Positions 47,246 to 54,134 of a DNA stretch of 64,000 nucleotides are shown piece by piece. Both the position numbers and the translations under genes were made by a program. Source of the stretch: Patescibacteria group bacterium (GTDB lineage: Bacteria; Patescibacteriota; Doudnabacteria; UBA920; VMFF01); assembly GCA_038065615.1 (NCBI GenBank), contig JBBTQQ010000001.1:76207-140206 (forward strand), read 5' to 3'. Under the pieces are notes generated by a model that saw only the letters and a program-made list of their open reading frames with translations, had not been told where the DNA came from and searched no databases. Positions within the stretch are counted from its first letter, which is position 1, and every line of letters starts with the position of its first letter.

Positions 47246-47487
47246 TTCATGTGCAATATATCATCTAATCCACCACCTCTTGAATATACTCTTGAGGTTG
47301 TATTTTATTCGGGAACTTTAAATCCGCTAATATACCACACCAAGTATCTTCATTTGAAGAATTATCAGAAACACTTCTACTGCAAACCTTAGTCAGCAGC
47401 ACTCTGGTTATCTAATAATGCGAGACAGATTATCCGAAGCCTTAACCGCAGATATGATCTATCAAAAATAGTTTAACAGGAATATAT

Positions 47488-47527
47488 AAAAAAGCGAACC
47501 CGTTCCAGCAAGCTGAAACGGGTTCAC
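47488..47527 (-). terminator. rho-independent terminator of the DGR target gene
   Basis: Minus-strand gaacccgtttcagcttgctggaacgggttc followed by gcttttttat. Confidence 0.65.
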
Positions 47528-47583
47528 GATTCGGACGCAGAGTCCAAGAATCAGACGAAGGACCAAAGCACCAAGCAGCCGAG

Positions 47584-48204
47584 CTACTTGCGAACGGCGG
47601 CGAAACGGCAGCGGCCATCCCACCTGTCCTCGAAGAAGTCGAGGTTAAGCTCGCGCCCGCCGCCCCAACCGTCGAGATACGGCACGCGGCGGTCGCCATC
47701 AGCGCTCGTCCAGAGCGAGCCGAGGCAGATGATTGGGAACTTGCGCTGCTCTTCCGGGTGCGTCTCGCCGAAGGCGAGCGATTCCGGTAGGATCGCTGCG
47801 CGAAGCCCAAGCTTGTCGAGCTCTACCAGTACGACGTCGCTTTCCATCTCCCGATCGAAATGCACCAGAACGATCTCGGTGCTGACTTCGCCCTTCCTAG
47901 TGAACGGGAAGTTCTTCTCGGTGATATTCTCGTTGACGTAGCGGTAGTTACCGGCCTTGATCATGTCAGCGAGATTGCGACCGTAGTTGATCAGCACGAG
48001 GAACGTGTTGGTCAACAGCGCGACCATCTGGTTGATCACCAGTCCGAAGCGCTCCTGCAAGTTGCCGCCGGCCTCGAATACGGCCTGCGCTTGCGGCTTG
48101 CTCATCCGCCGCAAGATTGGATCCAGAAGGCCTTTGAGTGCCCCGATCTGTTCATCGTTGGCTGGCACGACTGGGGTCTGCGACGTGATCGACGGTGTCG
48201 TCAT
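47584..48204 (-). CDS. DGR target (variable) protein, probable C-type-lectin-fold C-terminus
   Basis: GC-rich ORF. Likely start MTTPSITSQ... at 48204 with a GGAGGAG SD; the caller's start is 48291. The C-terminal 44 codons are the VR, ending CRFAAVRK, which is reminiscent of CLec-type VR ends. Confidence 0.7.
   Translation of the reverse strand: MTTPSITSQTPVVPANDEQIGALKGLLDPILRRMSKPQAQAVFEAGGNLQERFGLVINQMVALLTNTFLVLINYGRNLADMIKAGNYRYVNENITEKNFPFTRKGEVSTEIVLVHFDREMESDVVLVELDKLGLRAAILPESLAFGETHPEEQRKFPIICLGSLWTSADGDRRVPYLDGWGGGRELNLDFFEDRWDGRCRFAAVRK
47588..47721 (-). repeat. DGR variable repeat (VR) at the 3' end of the target gene
   Basis: 134 bp aligned to TR with 20 A-to-N differences (to C, G or T). 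The identical GC-rich 24-nt 3' end (ctgccgtttcgccgccgttcgcaa) looks IMH-like. It encodes ...GSLWTSADGDRRVPYLDGWGGGRELNLDFFEDRWDGRCRFAAVRK-stop. Confidence 0.85.
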
Positions 48205-48409
48205 CGTCTTACTCCTCCAGAGAGTTGTTTGTTGCCATCCCTTGCGGAATGCTCTGCTCGGATGTGAGCTAAGAGCTTCAGATATAATCATTATTATAGC
48301 TAAAGCACTCTGCCCAATTTAGTTCTATATTTTGACATATTCATATACTTCTGTCAAGTGGCACGGGGCTACACTTTGTATATGATATACTACCTATGTC
48401 GCACAATAT

Positions 48410-49402
48410 ATGACAGAAACAAAAAACAAAAGCAAAGAAAAAACCCTAGAAAACTCCCTAACCAAATATATCCGGGAGTTTTTAGAGTATTGTGAAATTG
48501 AAAAAAACAGAAGCATGTTAACCATTCGTAACTATGCTCACTACCTTAATCGCTTTGCCCTGTTCTGCGCATCAGAAGGAGTTTCAAAACCAGAGCAAAT
48601 TGATTTTGAATTAGTTAGAAGATATAGGCTATACATCAACCGTTTAATCGATGAATCAGGAAAACATTTAAAGCAGATAACTCAAAACTATCATGTCATT
48701 GCTGTGCGTGCTTTCCTTAAGTACATGATGAAGCGTGATATTAAAACTCTTGCCCCAGAAAAATTAGATCTTGCAAAAACTCCAAGTCGAATGGTTGAAT
48801 TCTTAGATTACGATGAAGTACAAAGACTCTTTGAAGCAACTGATGAAGAAAAAGAAGAAATTCTAAGACTTAGAGACAATGCGATCTTACAAACCCTGTT
48901 TGCAACTGGTCTTCGTGTTTCAGAACTTTGTTCTTTAAAAAAAGACCAGATAAACTTTAAGAGAAACGAGTTCACAGTTCGAGGAAAAGGAGACAAGTTA
49001 AGACTAATATTCCTCTCTTCAGAAGCAAATGATGCTTTACAGAAATATCTAAAGAAGAGAAAAGACAATTCAAAGTTTCTTTTCATTGCACACAAACAAG
49101 TTGGTATTGCTGTTGAAAAAGAAATCGCGAGCTTTGGACAAAACGCATCTGGATTAACTCCAAGAAGTATTCAGAGGATTATTAAAAAGTATGCCCTCAT
49201 TGCTGGGATTATGAAAAAGATATCTCCACATACCTTAAGACACAGCTTTGCAACAGACCTCCTTCAGAACGGTGCTGATATTAGAAGTGTTCAAAGCATG
49301 TTAGGACACGCATCTATTACAACAACTCAAATATATACCCACATTACAAACCAACAACTTAGGGAAATACACACTAAGTTTCATAACAGAAGGAAGAAAT
49401 AG
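48410..49402 (+). CDS. tyrosine recombinase XerC/XerD-like integrase
   Basis: 330 aa. R...HxxR...Y catalytic set: HTLRHSFATDLLQNGADIRSVQSMLGHASITTTQIYTHI. Confidence 0.85.
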   Translation: MTETKNKSKEKTLENSLTKYIREFLEYCEIEKNRSMLTIRNYAHYLNRFALFCASEGVSKPEQIDFELVRRYRLYINRLIDESGKHLKQITQNYHVIAVRAFLKYMMKRDIKTLAPEKLDLAKTPSRMVEFLDYDEVQRLFEATDEEKEEILRLRDNAILQTLFATGLRVSELCSLKKDQINFKRNEFTVRGKGDKLRLIFLSSEANDALQKYLKKRKDNSKFLFIAHKQVGIAVEKEIASFGQNASGLTPRSIQRIIKKYALIAGIMKKISPHTLRHSFATDLLQNGADIRSVQSMLGHASITTTQIYTHITNQQLREIHTKFHNRRKK

Positions 49403-49427
49403 AAAAAACACCCTTTAAAGGGTGTTT

Positions 49428-50117
49428 TTAAATTATATCTTCTTTTGTAACGTTCTTGGTCTTCCCAATAGGTAAATCACCTAACTCTAATTTGTTAATT
49501 CGTATTCTTTTTAAATTCTTTACTTTGTAACCAACCTTGTCGAACATTCTTCGAATCTGACGTTTTTTACCTTCATGAATTGTCATGTAGATTTTCCCGC
49601 TGCGAATCCTTGCTTCTGCAGGAGCTGTTGTGTAATCTTCACCGATAACTACGCCTTCTCTGATTTTTTGTAAGTCTCCATCAGAAATATCTTGGCTTAA
49701 AGTAACCTCGTATTCTTTCTCATGTTCATACTTTGGATGCGCCAGCTGTTCTGTTAAATCACCATCATTGGTAAAAAGTAAAAGTCCTTCTGTAAAGAAA
49801 TCAAGGCGACCGACTGTCCAAACTTTGCTTTGAAGTTCTTTTGGGAGAAAAGAATATACGCTTCGTCTCTTCTCCGGATCAAAACGAGAAGTAATGTATG
49901 CTTTTGGTTTGTTTAAAGCAATGTAGTAGAAGTTTTTCTCAGGTCTGATTAACTTACCTTTGTAAGTAACCTGATCTTTGTCAGGATCTACCTTGTCTCC
50001 AAGCTTTGCGATGTTGCCATTAATTCGAACTTCTCCTCTTTCAATAAAAATCTCAGAGCCTCTTCTAGAAGCTATGCCTGCATTGGATAGAAATTTTTGT
50101 AATCTTTCAATTGTCAT
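49428..50117 (-). CDS. pseudouridine synthase, RsuA/RluB family
   Basis: N-terminal S4 domain (RLQKFLSNAGIASRRGSEIFIERGEVRING) and catalytic RLD motif (GRLDFFTEGLLLFTNDG). Confidence 0.8.
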   Translation of the reverse strand: MTIERLQKFLSNAGIASRRGSEIFIERGEVRINGNIAKLGDKVDPDKDQVTYKGKLIRPEKNFYYIALNKPKAYITSRFDPEKRRSVYSFLPKELQSKVWTVGRLDFFTEGLLLFTNDGDLTEQLAHPKYEHEKEYEVTLSQDISDGDLQKIREGVVIGEDYTTAPAEARIRSGKIYMTIHEGKKRQIRRMFDKVGYKVKNLKRIRINKLELGDLPIGKTKNVTKEDII

Positions 50118-50120
50118 AAT

Positions 50121-51002
50121 TTACCACCTTCCACTTGAACCACCACCACCTGAAAATCCTCCACCAAACCCACCGAACCCACCACCAGATCCGCCTGATC
50201 TTCCTCCACCAATCCACCAAGGAAAAACTCCTGTTTTCTTCCCCTTTTCGTAATTCTTAGAAACGATGTAATCAAAAAGTAAACCAATTGGAGTAAAGAG
50301 TAAAACCATTACTAATGAATATACCCAAGTTCCTAAGAACAGCCCAAAAAGTCCACCACAGAGGGCTCCAACAATACCACCTGCCCACCATGATTTAGAT
50401 CTTGCGAAAACACTTGAAAGAAAAGAGAAGACAAAAAAGAAAAGAAAAAAGAAAAAGTTAAAGTTAATATTAACCTTTGGTTTTGATACTGGGATATCAA
50501 CCTGTTCGCCCGAAAGCTTCTGAATGATTAAGTCTGTCGCTGTATTAACTCCACCGTAGTAATCGCTCTTTTGGAAAGCTGGTGTTAAGACATTTCGTAT
50601 GATAGAAGCGGATTCAGCGTCAGTTAAATCACCTTCCAAACCATACCCTATCTCTATCCTCATCTCCCTATCTTCAAGCGCAATTAACAACAACAAACCA
50701 TTGTTCTTGTCTTTTTTTCCAATACCAAAATCTTTGAAAAGCTTTACTGCATAATTTTCAATATAGTCTCCACCAAGATTTTTAACTGTTACAACAGAGA
50801 CTTCATTAGTGCTTTGTTGTTCATACGCAGAAAGTTTCGTCTCTAGACTTTGTTTTTGTTCAGCTGTGAATATTCCCGCAAAGTCATTAACAAAGCCGGA
50901 TGGATTACCCGGCTTTGTGTACGCTAAAGTTTGAGACGCTGTTAATAGAAGAACCGTGCCTAAAAGCGTTACAATGAAATTTTTTCTGCTATCAGTGAAC
51001 AT
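50121..51002 (-). CDS. TPM-domain (YgcG-like) protein with TM segment and Gly-rich tail
   Basis: YVNDFAGIFTAEQKQSLETKL...EVSVVTV TPM-domain N-terminus, a C-terminal TM helix and a GGGRSGGSGGGFGGFGGGFSGGGG tail. Confidence 0.75.
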   Translation of the reverse strand: MFTDSRKNFIVTLLGTVLLLTASQTLAYTKPGNPSGFVNDFAGIFTAEQKQSLETKLSAYEQQSTNEVSVVTVKNLGGDYIENYAVKLFKDFGIGKKDKNNGLLLLIALEDREMRIEIGYGLEGDLTDAESASIIRNVLTPAFQKSDYYGGVNTATDLIIQKLSGEQVDIPVSKPKVNINFNFFFFLFFFVFSFLSSVFARSKSWWAGGIVGALCGGLFGLFLGTWVYSLVMVLLFTPIGLLFDYIVSKNYEKGKKTGVFPWWIGGGRSGGSGGGFGGFGGGFSGGGGSSGRW

Positions 51003-51553
51003 TAAAAGTTAACTTCAGGAGTTTTTTCTGCTCCTGCTTCTGCTTTAAACAATGTTCTTTCTTGAAAACCAAAAGTCTTTGCAATTATGTTTGAAGGAAA
51101 TGTTCTAACCGCGATGTTTATCTGGGTTACATTGTCATTGTATCTTCCTCGTTCAACTGCAACTCTGTTTTCAGTTCCAGCAAGCTCAGCGCTTAAATCC
51201 TGGTACAAAGGAACTGTTGAAATTGCAGGATTTGCTTCAATCACAGCAATTAAACGACCAAGGCTTGTTTCTAAATTGCTTGCAGCAGATGCTTTAGCAT
51301 CAACTGTAGATGCAGCTGCAAAAGCTGTTCTGGCATCTGTTACTTCTTTTGCAAAAGCAAGTTCTTGTTTGCTACCTCCCTTTACCGTGTTAACAAGGTT
51401 TGGGATTAAGCTTAAACGTCTCTGGTATTGGTTTTCTACCTGAGCCCATTGGTTATCCACTGCTTTATTCGCCCTTACAAGGTTGTTAAAAGAAAGAACA
51501 CCCCAAAGAGCTACTAAAACCAGTAATAATATGAACAAATTGAGTTTTTTCAT
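51002..51553 (-). CDS. lemA: LemA family protein
   Basis: N-terminal TM helix plus the conserved NQWAQVENQYQRRLSLIPNLV LemA motif. Paired with a TPM-domain gene, as commonly seen. Confidence 0.8.
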   Translation of the reverse strand: MKKLNLFILLLVLVALWGVLSFNNLVRANKAVDNQWAQVENQYQRRLSLIPNLVNTVKGGSKQELAFAKEVTDARTAFAAASTVDAKASAASNLETSLGRLIAVIEANPAISTVPLYQDLSAELAGTENRVAVERGRYNDNVTQINIAVRTFPSNIIAKTFGFQERTLFKAEAGAEKTPEVNF

Positions 51554-51717
51554 GGTTTCCTTTTCTTTCGGCTTTAAACTTTAGAATTAATTTATGCCGT
51601 TTATACTATCATTATACTGACTTTTAGAATAAAGGGGAAGAAAGCATTTGCACAGGAATATTCTTTGTGCTCTAATAATTATATATTTTGGAAACAAATA
51701 TTTAGGATACACAAAAA

Positions 51718-52389
51718 ATGAAGATTTTAATTGTAGAAGATGAAGTCAGATTAAGCGATGTTTTGAAAAAGAACTTGGAGACAGAGTACTTCATAGTTGA
51801 TGTTGCTAATGATGGAGACATTGGCGCAAAAATGGGTTTGGAGCATGATTATGATTTGATTGTTCTGGATCAGATGCTGCCCGGCAAAACTGGAATGGAA
51901 ATCTGCAAACTACTGCGCGAGTCCGGAAAAACAATGCCGATTATAATTCTCTCTGTTAAATCAGAAACCACGACTAAGATCGAACTATTAAATGCAGGAG
52001 CTGATGACTATTTAATAAAGCCATTTTCATTTGAAGAATTGGTTGCAAGAATCAGGGCGCTGATGCGCAGACCACAAAGTATTCAGGAAGAAATCTACAA
52101 AGTTGATGATTTAACTCTTGATACAAAAAGACAAACAGTAAAACGCGGCGACAAAGACATATACTTAACAAGGAAAGAATTCATGCTTTTAGAATATCTT
52201 TTAAAAAACAGAGATATTGTTCTTTCAAGAGCCATGATTATGGAACATGTTTGGGATATGTATGCTGACCCTTTTTCTAACACCATTGAATCTCACATTT
52301 TAAGCCTGAGGAAGAAAATTGATCTCCCAAACAAACAAAAGCTTATACAAACAGTGCCTGGCAGAGGGTACAAACTTAGTTTTGTGTAA
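51718..52389 (+). CDS. OmpR-family response regulator
   Basis: Receiver domain (DLIVLDQMLPGKTG, phosphoacceptor Asp) plus a winged-helix C-terminus (RGYKL). Confidence 0.9.
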   Translation: MKILIVEDEVRLSDVLKKNLETEYFIVDVANDGDIGAKMGLEHDYDLIVLDQMLPGKTGMEICKLLRESGKTMPIIILSVKSETTTKIELLNAGADDYLIKPFSFEELVARIRALMRRPQSIQEEIYKVDDLTLDTKRQTVKRGDKDIYLTRKEFMLLEYLLKNRDIVLSRAMIMEHVWDMYADPFSNTIESHILSLRKKIDLPNKQKLIQTVPGRGYKLSFV

Positions 52390-52446
52390 TTAAAAGCCTT
52401 AAACAAGACTTTTTTAAACTCCTCATATATATTTTATATATTCTTT

Positions 52447-52480
52447 AGCTAAACTTCAGCATCTTTTAGCTATTTTTTTA
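52447..52480 (+). terminator. weak AT-rich hairpin plus T-run after the response-regulator gene
   Basis: gctaaa-N11-tttagc followed by tatttttttatt. Confidence 0.3.
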
Positions 52481-52538
52481 TTACTAACCAACTAACGAAA
52501 CAAAACGGCAATCAAAAAAACTATAAGGAGGAACAAGG

Positions 52539-53390
52539 ATGACAAGCACAGTGAGAGCTTTTCGGAACTGGAGTGCAAGGCGGCTAGAATTAAATCCAAA
52601 CCCGTATCTTTCGGGGAATTTCAAACCCGAAGAATACCTAAGGACTTACTACCCTGCCTTGCCTGAGTCATCTATTTTTAGGCATGCGGAAACGCTCCAG
52701 AACGTATCTGAAGAAAACCTGACACTCTTACGCTTCTACGCTGATGCGCAAGTGCAGCTACAGCCCACAAGAGATTGGTTGTGGATGCTTGAGGTTGGAG
52801 GCGGTCCCACGATCTATCAACTGATCAGCCTTTCGAGATTAGTTGATAAGATTTGCTTTACTGACTTTCTCATACCGAATCTAGATTCGGTCGAGAATTG
52901 GATCAGAACCGGACATGACACGCGCTGGCTTTCCTACATCAGAGCAGCGCTACAATACGAACAAGGGAAAGCCCCAACAAACATGGAGGTCTTGCTCAGA
53001 GAACGAGAACTGAAGCGAAAAATGTCTCTGGTTAGATATGATGTGCTAAGAGACCGCTTTTTCGCGACAGCGCCAAAAGAGTATGATCTGGTCAGCTCAA
53101 ACTTCTGCATTGAGTGTATCAGTCAAAGCAAGGTTGTCTGGCTACAAGCGCTCCGAAACATTAGCAAGAGAATTGCAGAAGGAGGCTGTTTGGTCATGAC
53201 TGCTCTGCGTATGGCGAGCACCTACAACATCCATGGTCGGATTCTTCCTGCTACTCCGATTGACGAAACAGATGTTTGGAAAGCACTTCGTGATCTTGAT
53301 TTTTCAAATATCAAGATCAGTTCCCGCGACTGTCTCGGAAAAAACGAATACAACGGCATGATCTATGTCATGGCTCGAAAAGACTCCTAG
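52539..53390 (+). CDS. NNMT/PNMT/TEMT-family SAM-dependent N-methyltransferase (eukaryote-type family, PF01234-like)
   Basis: FKPEEYLRTYY matches FNPRDYLEKYY, and LEVGGGPTIYQLISLSRLVDKICFTDFLIPNLDSVENW matches [39 protein letters not shown] of human NNMT (recalled from memory). A strong AAGGAGG SD is present. The cassette is noticeably more GC-rich than the host genes. Confidence 0.8.
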   Translation: MTSTVRAFRNWSARRLELNPNPYLSGNFKPEEYLRTYYPALPESSIFRHAETLQNVSEENLTLLRFYADAQVQLQPTRDWLWMLEVGGGPTIYQLISLSRLVDKICFTDFLIPNLDSVENWIRTGHDTRWLSYIRAALQYEQGKAPTNMEVLLRERELKRKMSLVRYDVLRDRFFATAPKEYDLVSSNFCIECISQSKVVWLQALRNISKRIAEGGCLVMTALRMASTYNIHGRILPATPIDETDVWKALRDLDFSNIKISSRDCLGKNEYNGMIYVMARKDS

Positions 53391-53398
53391 GGGGCTCT

Positions 53399-54028
53399 AT
53401 GACAACATTCAAGGTTCGGAACGCTAGGACTTGTGACTACGAGGAATTTGCTGATGCCGAACGCATCGCATGGACTGGAAGCGAGGTTCCAATCATCAAC
53501 AGAGAACAATTCCTAACATGGCTCGAGATTTTCCCGGAAGGACTGCTCGTAGTCGAAACAGGCGGCAAAGTATGTGGGCATCATTTCTCTCAGATACGGG
53601 AGTTTGACGTATGCGACTACAAAGACAATCGTAGCTGGGACGAACTAACAGAAGATGGATTTTGCCGAACAACCCACGACCCGAAGGGAAATGTTCTCTA
53701 CGGAGTCAGTGTCTCAGCATCAATCCGAGGCGCAGGCAGATTTGTTTTTGAAGCAGCAGTGAAACAAATACACTCACTGCATTTACCAAGGTATGTTGGA
53801 GCTTGCAGAATACCTGGACTAACGACGTACGCCGAAAACAAAGGTATGAGCTCTGACAAAGTTGTTTCTGAGTATGTCTCAAATGTTCTCTTGGGGAAAC
53901 TCAAGGACAAGACCCTCTCTGCTCTGCTGACAGTCGACGGAGTTCGTTTCGTGCGCCTGGTTCCAGGATACTTCACTGATGCCCAGAGCAATAACTGGGC
54001 ATGCCTCATTTGTTATGAGGCAGATTGA
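53399..54028 (+). CDS. GNAT-fold acetyltransferase-like protein
   Basis: 209 aa. Beta-alpha-beta pattern with an R-x-x-G-x-A motif-A-like IRGAGRF segment. An AGGGGG SD lies 8 nt upstream. Co-oriented with the methyltransferase, 8 bp downstream. Confidence 0.5.
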   Translation: MTTFKVRNARTCDYEEFADAERIAWTGSEVPIINREQFLTWLEIFPEGLLVVETGGKVCGHHFSQIREFDVCDYKDNRSWDELTEDGFCRTTHDPKGNVLYGVSVSASIRGAGRFVFEAAVKQIHSLHLPRYVGACRIPGLTTYAENKGMSSDKVVSEYVSNVLLGKLKDKTLSALLTVDGVRFVRLVPGYFTDAQSNNWACLICYEAD

Positions 54029-54054
54029 TTCATCTAGATCTTCGGAACCAACTT

Positions 54055-54088
54055 GGAGGGCGCTTGATACAAAGCGCCCCTCCTTTTT
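54055..54088 (+). terminator. strong GC-rich rho-independent terminator after the methyltransferase-GNAT cassette
   Basis: ggagggcgctt-gatacaa-agcgcccctcc followed by ttttt. Confidence 0.75.
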
Positions 54089-54134
54089 AAGTACATAGTT
54101 TTTGTATATACTATAAATACTTTTTAGAGGGACT

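Larger units (their letters stand above)
45698..48291 (-). mobile_element. diversity-generating retroelement cassette (target-VR / TR / avd / RT)
   Basis: DGR-type RT, Avd-like gene, 134-bp TR/VR pair with adenine-specific substitutions only, and VR at the 3' end of the target ORF. Confidence 0.85.

Noticed and set aside
47442-48322. Four overlapping plus-strand ORFs (122, 117, 135 and 111 aa) and one minus-strand ORF (47029..47256) across the DGR target/TR region.
   Set aside because: They are artefacts of high GC (few stop codons), antisense to or out of frame with the VR-bearing target gene, and overlap the TR. Only the minus-strand frame ending in the VR is supported by the TR/VR homology.
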